From an uncultured virus (IMG/VR IMGVR_UViG_3300011741_000001) (taxonomy: Duplodnaviria > Heunggongvirae > Uroviricota > Caudoviricetes): a stretch of DNA of 64,000 nt. Position 1 is the first letter of the stretch. Every line of letters starts with the position of its first letter. The translations under genes and the position numbers were made by a program. The stretch spans positions 124,001-188,000 of IMG/VR virus record IMGVR_UViG_3300011741_000001. One strand, 5' to 3'. The notes beneath the pieces were generated by a model. The model was not told where the DNA came from and searched no databases. It worked only from the letters and a program-made list of their open reading frames with translations. This document shows positions 36,268-46,288 of this stretch, piece after piece.

Positions 36268-36811
36268 CTTTTACTCCTTTAAAGGATACGTCGAATCCGA
36301 TGCCGTTTAACACATTCTGAATGTGACGACGCTGGAAATCAGAAAGGGTGTAGCTCGGGTTAATTTCGAGCTTCGGTTTATTTGGCACTTTAATGCGGGC
36401 CGGCGTGCGAGACTGCCAATGGGACTGCGCCTGACCGGTGTCTTCGGTCGTCACTTTGTTTTGGCCGGGCAGATCACTCCAATCGCGGGCGATGCGCAAC
36501 ATAGTCGGGGTACGACGTGAGAACAATCCCATGCGTGGGTCGGTACGGGTCTTACCGATATGGTGCTCGTAGATTTCTTCCAGCAGGGTATAAATCTGCT
36601 GGGCTTCATCTGTGCCCGGTTCCACCACTTCTAACGCGGCTTGCGCTAAAAAGGCGTTGTAAAGGTTGCCGTGCTTTTCAATGGGGCGCTCAACCGGATA
36701 CCATTCCACCGGGTGGCCTTTGTCTTTGACACGACAGAAAGAGAATGACGGGTATTGCTCTTTGCGTGGGACAACAACATTTGGTACGTGAATCACTTTA
36801 ACGATTGCCAT
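36257..36811 (-). CDS. Hypothetical protein
   Basis: TAAGGAGTATCT RBS. Confidence 0.65.
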   Translation of the reverse strand: MAIVKVIHVPNVVVPRKEQYPSFSFCRVKDKGHPVEWYPVERPIEKHGNLYNAFLAQAALEVVEPGTDEAQQIYTLLEEIYEHHIGKTRTDPRMGLFSRRTPTMLRIARDWSDLPGQNKVTTEDTGQAQSHWQSRTPARIKVPNKPKLEINPSYTLSDFQRRHIQNVLNGIGFDVSFKGVKDES

Positions 36812-36834
36812 GTAGATACTCCTTAAGGGGGTTG

Positions 36835-37215
36835 CTATTTGATTTCGCCCATGTCGATAACCTCAACGTTGATTTGTTTGCCGAGGTTAATGATGGCGCG
36901 TTTAAACGGGTGACGGTGACAGAAACAGTCCGCAGGGCAATAGCACGCGAACGCCACTTCACCGAGATGAAATATATCCAAGAACTTATCGGGGAACTCA
37001 CGCAGCTTACGGTTAATCTTCGCTGCGTAATGCCGCATGTATTCGGCTTCGTCCTCAGGCCCTTTTGCGGAGTTTTTATACACCATCAAAAAGTCCCAGT
37101 CCGGCGCGAATATCGCTTCTCCGCTTTTAATCGTAATATCCAGAAACTGGATACCCATCTTCTGTACAGAACGCCATTTGGCCATCTGTACGGTATACAC
37201 CTTCAGCGTGGCCAT
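36835..37215 (-). CDS. DUF488/YeaO-like protein
   Basis: FAPDWDFL...Y....Y...VAFACYC....FCHRH pattern. Confidence 0.55.
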   Translation of the reverse strand: MATLKVYTVQMAKWRSVQKMGIQFLDITIKSGEAIFAPDWDFLMVYKNSAKGPEDEAEYMRHYAAKINRKLREFPDKFLDIFHLGEVAFACYCPADCFCHRHPFKRAIINLGKQINVEVIDMGEIK

Positions 37216-37225
37216 ACGGCTCCTC

Positions 37226-37492
37226 TTATTGTTTTTCTCTCACAACGTTATTTGAAATGCCGGTGATGTCCGGGCCGATAGTGGCAACATCTTTCGCGCT
37301 GTTTCGGCAGGCGTAAACGAAATCTTCATCGGGCTTCTGCACGCGGGTACCCTGTAACGACTGCATGCAACCAACAAACGCTTTCAGGTAAATATCTTGG
37401 TCTACCTGAATTTGTTCCGGACCATTCGGAAACGTTTTATTGGCGAACGTTAACGGTGAAACGAATAACAGCGCTAATGCGAGTTTACGCAT
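37226..37492 (-). CDS. Small secreted protein
   Basis: Start MRKLALALLFVSPLTFA (signal peptide) after AGGAG. Two Cys. Confidence 0.65.
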   Translation of the reverse strand: MRKLALALLFVSPLTFANKTFPNGPEQIQVDQDIYLKAFVGCMQSLQGTRVQKPDEDFVYACRNSAKDVATIGPDITGISNNVVREKQ

Positions 37493-37493
37493 C

Positions 37494-38009
37494 TTAATCT
37501 CCTGATGGACTGCTGCTGTCGGACGAACTGCTTCCACTGCTCGGGGAATCGTAGTCCGACGACGGAGTCGAATGGGTTGGGGTATCATCGTGATGGGTAT
37601 CACGGGTTTTAGGGGAATGACTGGCCGGTCGGTTATCACAGGCGGCTAATTGTGCTTGCAGCATCGCCATCGAGGCGGTATCCACATTCGGGTTGTGTCG
37701 TGCATCATCCCGTTCCCGATGAAAGCGACGGGGGTTAGCGTGACGAGCAGCACTGTTACCCGTTAACCGCGATTCCATCTCAGCCTTGGTCTGCTCACGA
37801 CGTTGTTGCCATTGCTTCACACTTGTCAAATACGCACAAGTAAGCTCCAGATCCCGGTCTTTTTTGTGGTAACCGGAATGCCATTCTTTTTCAACCGGGC
37901 TTATCACCACGACTTGTTTAGCACTGCTCAGGAACTTCTTCTTGCGTGATACAGAGCAGCCAAGTTCGACCGCTAATTCCTGTACCGTTTCCCAGGTAAT
38001 CGTTGACAT
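37494..38009 (-). CDS. Hypothetical protein with Ser/Asp-rich tail
   Basis: 171-aa ORF with a low-complexity C-terminus. Confidence 0.6.
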   Translation of the reverse strand: MSTITWETVQELAVELGCSVSRKKKFLSSAKQVVVISPVEKEWHSGYHKKDRDLELTCAYLTSVKQWQQRREQTKAEMESRLTGNSAARHANPRRFHRERDDARHNPNVDTASMAMLQAQLAACDNRPASHSPKTRDTHHDDTPTHSTPSSDYDSPSSGSSSSDSSSPSGD

Positions 38010-38021
38010 TTTAGAGAATCC

Positions 38022-38228
38022 TTACGAGAACAGCGTTTGAGTAGGGAACAACATTTTGATGGCCCAGACATGTGCCTGATAGCCGAGGAACGCCCAGATT
38101 AAATCCATTACCAGAAAACGCAGACTCTTTTCGTTCAGACGGTGAATGGCGTCTTTTATCCCGCCGACAAACATCCACGCCCCAAACAACAACACCAACC
38201 AGAAAAACTTGATTGCCCAATATTCCAT
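38022..38228 (-). CDS. Small membrane protein
   Basis: Two hydrophobic segments. GGAG RBS. Confidence 0.55.
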   Translation of the reverse strand: MEYWAIKFFWLVLLFGAWMFVGGIKDAIHRLNEKSLRFLVMDLIWAFLGYQAHVWAIKMLFPTQTLFS

Positions 38229-38230
38229 GC

Positions 38231-38764
38231 TTACGCTCCACCGTACTGCTCGAGCAGTTTATCGTACTGCACGATATTCAAATTACTGATAATCCCCAAC
38301 ACGACATTACCCGCCACATCCCGGTAACTCACCAGAATGTGTTTACGTTCCATGTCATGCGGTTTCATCCAAATGGCCTGCGGTGACTTCGCGGACAATC
38401 GCAACCAATCCAACAACTGTGCGAGGGACTCGTGCTCAACCTTCATCTTCTTACTGGGCACTTCCAGATACACCGGCAGCAACCCAAAGGCGCGTTTGTG
38501 TATCAGGGTACCGATTAATAGCTGATCTTCCTTGGGCGCGAAACCACGGACATTGGCTTTGTGGGATTCTGACTGCAGCCCGAAATAGATGTCGGGAATG
38601 CTCATCTGCAAACAGTCGGCCAGTGCCACGATGTCGCGGTTGTAATCCACCTTAAAGTAATCCCCGACGATGTCATCAAGGGTACGTTTCGGCACCACCT
38701 TTTTCTTCACCGGTTTGTGCCAGAGTTTAGACAGGGTACGCTTGAGGCTTTCCCAACTTGTCAT
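38231..38764 (-). CDS. Hypothetical protein
   Basis: Coupled to the upstream gene by an ATGA overlap. Confidence 0.6.
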   Translation of the reverse strand: MTSWESLKRTLSKLWHKPVKKKVVPKRTLDDIVGDYFKVDYNRDIVALADCLQMSIPDIYFGLQSESHKANVRGFAPKEDQLLIGTLIHKRAFGLLPVYLEVPSKKMKVEHESLAQLLDWLRLSAKSPQAIWMKPHDMERKHILVSYRDVAGNVVLGIISNLNIVQYDKLLEQYGGA

Positions 38765-39387
38765 GCGCTCACCTTCTGCACGTAAAAGTCTTCCACTTCC
38801 ACAACGTGTTTCTTGTTCACGTCGAACTTGCCGTTGTCAGCCAACAGCTTCAGCAACATGTCGTGTTTAGTCACGGTACGTTGCTCTGGCGTTAAACGCA
38901 GCGCTTCGGTGAACAGCCCTGAGTGGATGAAGTTGTCCACTAACCCGTCGTCCATCTCCGCCAAATCGAAGTGGTCATTCGGACAGGCGTACAACGCGTA
39001 ACTGTGCTGCTTATAACGTTTGTCCCGCGTGTTATCAATCAGCAGGTCAACGTTGTCCGTGAAGTCCTCGAGGGTGTAATCCTCTAAGCGCATCACACGG
39101 GTGTCCACGTCAATCCCGTTTGGAGTGTCGTAATAGTGCCCGAGCCACACGTTCCACGTACGGGGTTGTTCGAACAACGCTGAGACCAGAATCTCCCCGG
39201 CGATAATACGCTGTTGACGGGTGGTGGTCAGTTGGAACCCACGGCCACCCCACGGGGCAATTTGGCGGATACTGGAAGCCACGAAAGCCATGCGGTTAAT
39301 CGCGTTGTTAGCAATGTGTAACGCAGTGGTATCCATTGCTTGTTTCGGGTTGTATTTCTTGGTGCGTTTCTTTGGTGCTTTAGCCAT
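38761..39387 (-). CDS. Hypothetical protein
   Basis: 208-aa ORF with a basic N-terminus. Confidence 0.65.
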   Translation of the reverse strand: MAKAPKKRTKKYNPKQAMDTTALHIANNAINRMAFVASSIRQIAPWGGRGFQLTTTRQQRIIAGEILVSALFEQPRTWNVWLGHYYDTPNGIDVDTRVMRLEDYTLEDFTDNVDLLIDNTRDKRYKQHSYALYACPNDHFDLAEMDDGLVDNFIHSGLFTEALRLTPEQRTVTKHDMLLKLLADNGKFDVNKKHVVEVEDFYVQKVSA

Positions 39388-39907
39388 GAGTCGGCCCCTT
39401 CAATTGTTCGAACGCCTGGCGGAATTGTTCAGCCAGTGCTTGGTAGTTGTGGTTGGTGAGCGGCTTACGGAAACAGATACGCCAGACGGGCATAAAGTTT
39501 TCCGGGGCGTAACCGGTGAAATGGCGCTCCACCGTATCGAGATACGGAGCACGGGGATGACCTGCCGGGTACGGGATTTTTGCCACTGACAGTTCGTACA
39601 GCGGTAACAGGTGACCGCAGTTCGCATTCAATAAAGAGAACAGACGTTCCATGGCTGCCAAGCCCGCGGTATCGCAGACCATGTCAAACTGGGCGTGCAC
39701 CATCTCATCTTTAGGCCAGAACATCTGCACCATGCCACCGTTCAATACGTGGATGTGCGGGATACCTTCCAGACTTTCACGCAACTCCACAAACGCCATC
39801 TGCCACTCGAGCGGGATGTGGTTATTGGGTACCGCGTACATCACGTCACGTTCAAACGTGCGCAGCAGGGACAGGTCACCTGCGGGAACACAGTGATTTT
39901 GGAACAT
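39380..39907 (-). CDS. Hypothetical protein
   Basis: Start MFQNHC after GGAG. Confidence 0.6.
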   Translation of the reverse strand: MFQNHCVPAGDLSLLRTFERDVMYAVPNNHIPLEWQMAFVELRESLEGIPHIHVLNGGMVQMFWPKDEMVHAQFDMVCDTAGLAAMERLFSLLNANCGHLLPLYELSVAKIPYPAGHPRAPYLDTVERHFTGYAPENFMPVWRICFRKPLTNHNYQALAEQFRQAFEQLKGPTHG

Positions 39908-39949
39908 AGTAGATTCTCCGTATAGGGTCATTAGAAAGGTCGGTAACGT

Positions 39950-39984
39950 AAAATAAATAAAAGCAGGGTAGCCCGAAGGCTACC
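39950..39984 (-). terminator. Rho-independent terminator
   Basis: GGTAGCC-CGAA-GGCTACC with an A-tract. Confidence 0.8.
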
Positions 39985-39986
39985 GG

Positions 39987-40430
39987 TTATAAAGCTTGTG
40001 CAATGCGCAACCACGTTGCACAGGCACTGTCGATAACATCGGGCTCCGGGCGGGCAGACAACTGAAAACGCCACGAAGGATAATAGCCGGATTGGAAATC
40101 AGCGGGGTAACGCAACCGGGACAACGTTAAGTGCATCAACTCCCCGTTGGGCGACTCCTGCCAAAACTGGTACATCTTTTCAATGTCGCCGTAACCGAGC
40201 TTATCCGCCACGAAAATCATGTGGTGAGAATGGCGGGTACGACGTTTACCGTTCTCGACACGAACGTGACCTTGACTGCACCACGCCGTTGCGATGTGCG
40301 GGTGCTCCGCAAACAACTCAATAATCGGTCGCAGTTTCGGATCAATCATCTTTTCCGCACACAACGCTTTCTGGGTACGTTCACGGAAATACGTCAGCAC
40401 ATCGGGGCTGACAATTGAGTTGGCAAACAT
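39987..40430 (-). CDS. Hypothetical protein, TYW3-like motif
   Basis: IDPKLRPIIELFAEHPHIATAWCSQGH. Confidence 0.6.
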   Translation of the reverse strand: MFANSIVSPDVLTYFRERTQKALCAEKMIDPKLRPIIELFAEHPHIATAWCSQGHVRVENGKRRTRHSHHMIFVADKLGYGDIEKMYQFWQESPNGELMHLTLSRLRYPADFQSGYYPSWRFQLSARPEPDVIDSACATWLRIAQAL

Positions 40431-40439
40431 TTTCTGTCC

Positions 40440-40910
40440 TTATGAAAATTGGGAAGCGACTTCACGGATTTGGGCTAACCACTCACAGCGGGTGTTCTCA
40501 ATCACCACACGGTTAGAATCGATTTCCCCACGGAAAATCCAAGCGTGGTAATAGTTCTCGGGGTTCAGTTCCGGGTCAGAGTCTTCATCCGCCCACGGGT
40601 ACACGGCCCGGACAATTTCCAGATGAGTCGGTGCGGTCAGGATGTCGTGAATCATCTCTGGCGCTAACGCTTTGATAAACGGCAATCCCTGAAACGACAC
40701 CATCAGCATCAGATACGGACGATTCGCTTCACGGGTTGGGGATTCGGTGTGGCCTTCACAGCTGGCAACCACTGCCACACCCGGCTGAGCGTTGAGTAAC
40801 GCCACGTGTTCGTGAATGCCGCCATCAATCACATTCGGGGTATTCAGGATAGCGGTGCACTGCTTTTTCATGCGCACCAGTACATCGGTCTTAACAATGG
40901 CGAAATCCAT
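40440..40910 (-). CDS. Hypothetical protein, TYW3-like motif (paralogue of the adjacent gene)
   Basis: IDGGIHEHVALLNAQPGVAVVASCEGH. Confidence 0.6.
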   Translation of the reverse strand: MDFAIVKTDVLVRMKKQCTAILNTPNVIDGGIHEHVALLNAQPGVAVVASCEGHTESPTREANRPYLMLMVSFQGLPFIKALAPEMIHDILTAPTHLEIVRAVYPWADEDSDPELNPENYYHAWIFRGEIDSNRVVIENTRCEWLAQIREVASQFS

Positions 40911-41173
40911 CAGAGGGTTCTCCGGGCTAAAGGGAAACTACGGGGCATTGCGTTTGGACTGTGCTGAAGGTCAGCAACCGCCCACGCTTCGTTGCCGGTG
41001 TCTTGTTCGGTAGGAATCAGCAGTACGTCGCCCACACCGATTTTACCCCACGCGTGGTTGGGAATTTCGATACTGCGGGTTTGTAATGCACGCGGTTTGG
41101 CGCTGGCGGCTAAACGTTCTTCTAATTCGAACGCATACATCTGCTTACGCTTGACATTATAACGAGTGAACAT
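40910..41173 (-). CDS. Hypothetical protein
   Basis: Strong RBS. First gene after a candidate early promoter. Confidence 0.6.
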   Translation of the reverse strand: MFTRYNVKRKQMYAFELEERLAASAKPRALQTRSIEIPNHAWGKIGVGDVLLIPTEQDTGNEAWAVADLQHSPNAMPRSFPLARRTL

Positions 41174-41212
41174 AGATACTCCTTAAAGGGAAATGACAAA
41201 GGTTCATGGAAA

Positions 41213-41228
41213 TAATATCTATCTGAAA
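41213..41228 (-). promoter_or_regulatory. Candidate early (virion RNAP) promoter, TTTCAGATAGATATTA
   Basis: Identical 16-mer at 48433 and a near copy at 50080. All three lie between a terminator and a - strand gene. Confidence 0.6.
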
Positions 41229-41266
41229 ACAAATACAGACTCCCCACCCGAAGGCAGGGAGTCGGT

Positions 41267-41578
41267 CTAACGACCTGAGCGCGGGGAACCGGTAATCAAA
41301 TCCACGATAGGCGCGCCATAGCCCGGCATAAACCGAACGATGTAGTGCACTGGATCAATAATTACCTGCGCACCAATGTGCGGAATCATCGCGAACAGTT
41401 CGGTTGGGATATCGAAATGAAAATCACTGTCGATATTCTCGAACTCGACAATATCTTTATCGAAGTTCACGCAGGTTGCATTAACCCGCCGCGGATTCTC
41501 CCCACCACCCATCGGTTGCTGGAAAGCGGCGGCGCAGGCCATTCTCCACGCTTCAGGATTGCTGGACTGCTTCAGCAT
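41267..41578 (-). CDS. Hypothetical protein
   Basis: Coupled ORF, followed by a hairpin at 41238-41263. Confidence 0.55.
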   Translation of the reverse strand: MLKQSSNPEAWRMACAAAFQQPMGGGENPRRVNATCVNFDKDIVEFENIDSDFHFDIPTELFAMIPHIGAQVIIDPVHYIVRFMPGYGAPIVDLITGSPRSGR

Positions 41579-41913
41579 TAATGCGGCTCCGGCTCGATGT
41601 GGTGCTTACCGATTAACTGGAAGCTGTTTTTGCCGGTGCTTTTCGCGACGGCCCACATCCAGTTGTTGGTGGTCGGGTCTTGCCACGACGCCAGTTCACA
41701 CGGGATGGTGATTTCAGACACATCGACTTCCGGATGGAACAGCAGGAACTCGTTCTCATCGCCGTCGTGAATCACGTACTGACCTTCTTCCATGCCTACG
41801 ACTTTCGCCAGTCCCACTTCTACAGCGGCATGACCTTCGATGCTATCACCGGTGGCGGACACGGTAGTGTTTTGACATTTTGGTAAATCACGATTAATAG
41901 CGCTAAGCCACAT
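41578..41913 (-). CDS. Hypothetical protein
   Basis: GGAG RBS. Confidence 0.6.
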   Translation of the reverse strand: MWLSAINRDLPKCQNTTVSATGDSIEGHAAVEVGLAKVVGMEEGQYVIHDGDENEFLLFHPEVDVSEITIPCELASWQDPTTNNWMWAVAKSTGKNSFQLIGKHHIEPEPH

Positions 41914-41962
41914 CAGTTGTTACTCCAGTTTAGGGTTTTGTACATAAAGAGGTACACAACCG

Positions 41963-42003
41963 TAAAAAGAAAAAGAACTCTCCTTACCCGAAGGTAAGGA
42001 GAG
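41963..42003 (-). terminator. Rho-independent terminator
   Basis: CTCTCCTTACC-CGAA-GGTAAGGAGAG with an A-tract. Confidence 0.85.
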
Positions 42004-42007
42004 CCCA

Positions 42008-42469
42008 TTACGCGTCTTCGTCGTCGCGGTCGTCAAACAGAATCGACGCGATTACATAGCGGGCCAAACGCTGTCTGGCGTCTTCCCCGGTTGCAACCAA
42101 CGTCTCGCCTTCTAACTGCTCGGCGTACAATTCCTGACACTCGTCGATGACCGAACGAATCGCGGCGATTTTGTCCTGAATCTCTTCAGAGGGAATCAGC
42201 TCTTTGTCCATTATCATGGTCGCATCAGCGGGTTCCACACTGGTGAAGTTCAGTTCGTTTAGCAGACCGACGTGTGCGGCGTTAGACCCGATTAACCCGA
42301 CCAGCGCTTTCTCAAAGCGTGAACGGTGTTCGTCGTCTAAAGGCTCACCGGTGATGATTTCATGGTAGCCCGAATAAAGCTCGTTATCCGTGGCGTCCGA
42401 CTTACTGCGAATGTCCAAGTCGAAATCATGTTGGGCGAGCTGCTGCAGTTCAATCAGTTTCATCAGCAA
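42008..42469 (-). CDS. Acidic hypothetical protein
   Basis: 153-aa Asp/Glu-rich ORF. Confidence 0.65.
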   Translation of the reverse strand: MLMKLIELQQLAQHDFDLDIRSKSDATDNELYSGYHEIITGEPLDDEHRSRFEKALVGLIGSNAAHVGLLNELNFTSVEPADATMIMDKELIPSEEIQDKIAAIRSVIDECQELYAEQLEGETLVATGEDARQRLARYVIASILFDDRDDEDA

Positions 42470-42495
42470 ACCTCTAACATTAGGGGGTCATACAA

Positions 42496-42777
42496 TTACG
42501 CGGGTTCAGCTTGACGCTGAATCAACGTCTCACCGTTCACTTCTTCAAAAGTGCTATACTCGTGCAGGCTGTAGTCTGCGAGTATGCCGTCCCGGTGCTT
42601 GGCTTTCGCCAGCAGCTTCGTGATGACACGATCAATCGTTCGTGTTTTCTCACCGGGAATCACAATGTACAGACGACGGGTGAGGTGGTCTACGACACCG
42701 TGAAACGCAACATCTTCTCCGTCTTTGATTTCGTAGACGATGTCTTTGTTTTTTGCTAAGCGGCGGTTAATCTGCAT
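42496..42777 (-). CDS. Hypothetical protein
   Basis: AAGGAG RBS. Confidence 0.6.
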   Translation of the reverse strand: MQINRRLAKNKDIVYEIKDGEDVAFHGVVDHLTRRLYIVIPGEKTRTIDRVITKLLAKAKHRDGILADYSLHEYSTFEEVNGETLIQRQAEPA

Positions 42778-42779
42778 TC

Positions 42780-43517
42780 TTACTCCTTCAATAGGTGGTC
42801 TGTTAAGATAACGGTGGTGAGAACAGTCTGGTATTGCCGTTCAGCAGCGACACCCAATAGCGGGTTACTGAGGGCGGCAGAAATGGTACCTTGGCCACGT
42901 TGACCAGCCAGATAGTCGAACGCGTCGAGGAGGATGTCGAGCGTTTCTAAATCCGGGGCAATGGTGGCTAACAACCCAGCGGTATTGGCACTGTCATCAG
43001 TGACGATACAGCCCCGCATATTGCCATCACGGTACATGTGAATACTGGCATGTCCCTCGGCTAATAAGCGCATTACTTCACTCTGCCCCTGCACGTGCAT
43101 GAATTCCAAAAACGTCGACATCTCTTCCGATGTGAGAATCGCGTTGAAATCCACCCACGGTGGGGGTGTCTCAGGAAACCCTGAGGCTTTGGTCATGATA
43201 ACCCGGCACAATTGCCAACCGTCAGCCGTATACAAACTCGGCTGCGTGGTGTATATCTGAATCTCTTTGAGACCCAGAAACGCCGGCAACTGCGTCATGT
43301 CCACCGGGTCATCCGTCAGGGCGATGTAACTGGACACTACCCCTGAATGAAACTCCCGGTCGATGTGCATAAACAGCAGACGGGCTTTGGCAATAATGAA
43401 GACACGTCGTTCGGTCTTCAGGTCAAGAGGCGTGTCCAACCACGCTTTGACCTCGGCTACGTACTTTGGGTTTTCCCATTCCCCACGTAGCACCTGCTCG
43501 GTGATGTCATTTACCAT
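42780..43517 (-). CDS. Hypothetical protein, possible degenerate tandem GNAT fold
   Basis: Start MVNDITE after AGGAG. Secondary-structure pattern resembles the neighbouring GNATs. Confidence 0.5.
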   Translation of the reverse strand: MVNDITEQVLRGEWENPKYVAEVKAWLDTPLDLKTERRVFIIAKARLLFMHIDREFHSGVVSSYIALTDDPVDMTQLPAFLGLKEIQIYTTQPSLYTADGWQLCRVIMTKASGFPETPPPWVDFNAILTSEEMSTFLEFMHVQGQSEVMRLLAEGHASIHMYRDGNMRGCIVTDDSANTAGLLATIAPDLETLDILLDAFDYLAGQRGQGTISAALSNPLLGVAAERQYQTVLTTVILTDHLLKE

Positions 43518-43525
43518 GTTAGCTC

Positions 43526-44350
43526 CTAGTAGACCTGGCCTATCCCCCTTCCGGCGATGCCGTAATGCAGGGAGACTACCTCGGTCGTGACATGGGGTAA
43601 ACTTTTGAACGAGACATGTAAAGGGAAGGCTTGAACACAAGGCTTGCGTAAACGTTTCGCCTCACGGATGAACGCGTTCAGTAACAGAATGCTCCAATCC
43701 AGCCAGTTACGGCTACCGGGCACAGCGTCTATGAACGTCCCCTCCGAATTCAACCTTTCTTTACACTCGCCGTAAAACAACGCCCCGACAATATCGCCGT
43801 TGTCGTTGGGCACCACTACCCCGTTGGCGAGTCCATACGCTAGGTCGCGTAGCATATCTGCTGCACGCTTCCCATCGCGGGCTATCGCCATCTTCCCTAA
43901 AGAAACTGATTGTGAAAGTGTAAGCTCATCCAAACGCAGGTACGTCATTTCGGGCAATGGCGCAGCACGTTCAACGGTGAACTTGATACGTTGCGACAAC
44001 GCCGTGAGTCCGGTTTGTTCGCACGCTTCGTGGAACGCAAAGTCCTCCGGCTGAGTCGTGACATCGAGTTCCACACACTTCAGTTCTTTCAATACCGCTT
44101 TCCAACCGGCAAAGACTTTGTCGGTTAACGGCACAATCGAATGGACATACAGGCGTTCAGATGCAACCATGCCTGTAAAGTACATCATTACCACGTTGGT
44201 TTTGGACGCCACCAGGTAATGCGAGATGTTCGGGTCGCTTTGTAAGTAAAAGCGGAAACGTTCACGCATTTCTTTTAAGGTGGTGAACAAACCGTTGAAT
44301 GACACCTTTTGATCAGCCTTCTCGGTGTCGCTGAGATTATACACACGCAT
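43526..44350 (-). CDS. Hypothetical protein, possible degenerate tandem GNAT fold
   Basis: LYVHSIVP, GDIVGALFY and LLNAFIREAKRL elements. Confidence 0.5.
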   Translation of the reverse strand: MRVYNLSDTEKADQKVSFNGLFTTLKEMRERFRFYLQSDPNISHYLVASKTNVVMMYFTGMVASERLYVHSIVPLTDKVFAGWKAVLKELKCVELDVTTQPEDFAFHEACEQTGLTALSQRIKFTVERAAPLPEMTYLRLDELTLSQSVSLGKMAIARDGKRAADMLRDLAYGLANGVVVPNDNGDIVGALFYGECKERLNSEGTFIDAVPGSRNWLDWSILLLNAFIREAKRLRKPCVQAFPLHVSFKSLPHVTTEVVSLHYGIAGRGIGQVY

Positions 44351-44362
44351 AGGGTTCCCTCG

Positions 44363-45193
44363 TCAGAATAAGGTCGCAATCACCTCGTTGACCTTGCCAC
44401 GCTTTTTGGCATCCGAGTTCATGTAACGTCCGACTTCAATACTCGTGAAGTCGAAACCATGATAAATCTCTCGGGTCAATAACGTATCAGAGTTTGACAG
44501 TACCACTTTGGCACCGGCACCGTTCGCCGCTATCAGGCTAGCAGCCAGCTGACGGTGGTCGGGTTGTCGGAACTCTTTCGCGTGGTATTGGGCAAACGAG
44601 GCGGTTTTGCTGCTGGGCACGTACGGTGGGTCGGCGTAAACCACCACCTGCTTTGAACCTTGCTGCTGTGCGTGTAGTAATGTCTGCTGAAAATCAGCAG
44701 TTAAAAAGGTGACCTTACTCCGTTTTACCTTTTTGGCAAATGCGCGGATCTCATCAACTGGTAAATACGGAGGTGACGGGTGTTTCCCGTACGGGACATT
44801 GTACGCACCGTCTGCATTGTAGCGACACAAGCCGTTATAGCCGTGACGGTTCAGATACAGAAAGTGTGCAGCCCTGTCCTCTTTGGACTGTGGGGCGCAA
44901 GTCTTGTCATTAAACGCCGAACGATAGCTCCGGTACCAGTCACCGTTACCGTTACGGAACAACTCCCGTGCCAGTTCAATCAGGTACTCAGGTCGATCGG
45001 CAGCCACTTCAAATAACTGAATCAAATCCGGATTGGAATCCGCCAAAATGTATTCAGGATAATCAGTGTTCAGAAACACCGAAGCACCCCCGACAAACGG
45101 TTCAATGAACACGTCACCGGGCGGCAGCTTCTGTTTCAGCGCGTCCATTACACGGGATTTACCCCCCATCCATTTAACAAATGGTCTTTGCAT
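44363..45193 (-). CDS. dam: DNA adenine methyltransferase (Dam family)
   Basis: KWMGGK, FIEPFVGGASVF, FLYLNRHGYNGLCRYN, VYADPPY. Confidence 0.95.
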   Translation of the reverse strand: MQRPFVKWMGGKSRVMDALKQKLPPGDVFIEPFVGGASVFLNTDYPEYILADSNPDLIQLFEVAADRPEYLIELARELFRNGNGDWYRSYRSAFNDKTCAPQSKEDRAAHFLYLNRHGYNGLCRYNADGAYNVPYGKHPSPPYLPVDEIRAFAKKVKRSKVTFLTADFQQTLLHAQQQGSKQVVVYADPPYVPSSKTASFAQYHAKEFRQPDHRQLAASLIAANGAGAKVVLSNSDTLLTREIYHGFDFTSIEVGRYMNSDAKKRGKVNEVIATLF

Positions 45194-45226
45194 CCGAAAT
45201 ACCCCTTACAACGCGCTGTAAAGCCC

Positions 45227-46201
45227 TTAGCGCGTTTTATTATAATTTTGTATAGTAGGTCTACCTATCAACTGTGCAGGGCGTGGTGACCCCTTACGGT
45301 GCTTCTGCTCGTCTTTACTGTCCATCTCGGATTCGTGACGACTCAATCCGTAAACCGGCATTATCTGTCGGAATCGCAAGACGTTCTTGAACAGGTGCTC
45401 AGACGCGGCGTTCTCCGCAAACACCGTGGCGTAGACCGTGGGGCCTAAACCGGCAGCATGCTTTAATACCGCGGCTATCAGCTTACGTCCGTAACGTTTA
45501 CCCCGTTCTTCGAGTGCCACACCCACACCCTGCACCACCACGGTACCCGGTTCCAGACGGTGACATTGTGCATAGCCCACAATCTTGCGTTCCGGATTAC
45601 GAATGATGAACGTCTCGTAACGGAAATCCGCAATCCGTTCCATGACATCCTGGAAGAAACTGCCTTCGCCCGGACGCCGTTTCAGGGGGTCAGTACGCAA
45701 GTCCCCAAAGTACGCATCTGACATGATTTCACGAAGTCGGTCAGCATCTTCTTTGGAGAGTTTGTAGTACGCTTCCCCGGAGATGTTCTCCACGTCTCTC
45801 GACACCGGGAAATTGCGGTAGGTGGAAACGTCACCTTGCCACACTGTCTCGGCGAGGGTAAACCCGTGGATGGTCAGAATCTTCACCACTTCCGGGGACG
45901 GGGCAGGGACGGTCATGACTTCAAAGCCGGTGTGGTCTAACAAGTCCACCAAGAATTGTCGGGTGACTTTCCCTGAGCCCAATTCCTGGAAGTAGTTACA
46001 CAACAGCGAGTCGGCACCCTCTGTGAATGACGTCACAGCGTACGCACTCGGATACCCGGCGTCGTTGACCTGCGCATAGCAGCGCACGGTTTCGTTCTTG
46101 GTGATTTTCTTCAATCGTTCCATGTCAGCGGGACGACTGTCGAGGGCGGCTATGAACTCTGCGGTTTTCAGCACCCCCGGTAACAATCTGATGATTGGCA
46201 C
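45227..46201 (-). CDS. GNAT acetyltransferase (tandem domains)
   Basis: GTG start after AGGAG. VGVALEERGKRYGRKL acetyl-CoA motif A, ENAASEHLF. Confidence 0.75.
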   Translation of the reverse strand: MPIIRLLPGVLKTAEFIAALDSRPADMERLKKITKNETVRCYAQVNDAGYPSAYAVTSFTEGADSLLCNYFQELGSGKVTRQFLVDLLDHTGFEVMTVPAPSPEVVKILTIHGFTLAETVWQGDVSTYRNFPVSRDVENISGEAYYKLSKEDADRLREIMSDAYFGDLRTDPLKRRPGEGSFFQDVMERIADFRYETFIIRNPERKIVGYAQCHRLEPGTVVVQGVGVALEERGKRYGRKLIAAVLKHAAGLGPTVYATVFAENAASEHLFKNVLRFRQIMPVYGLSRHESEMDSKDEQKHRKGSPRPAQLIGRPTIQNYNKTR

Positions 46202-46248
46202 GGTAAAGACTCCTGTATAATGGCATGCATAGAGAGACGATAAAACGT

Positions 46249-46283
46249 AAAAAGAAAAAAGAAAGACCACCCGAAGGTGGTCT
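46249..46283 (-). terminator. Rho-independent terminator
   Basis: AGACCACC-CGAA-GGTGGTCT with an A-tract. Confidence 0.8.
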
Positions 46284-46288
46284 CAGAA

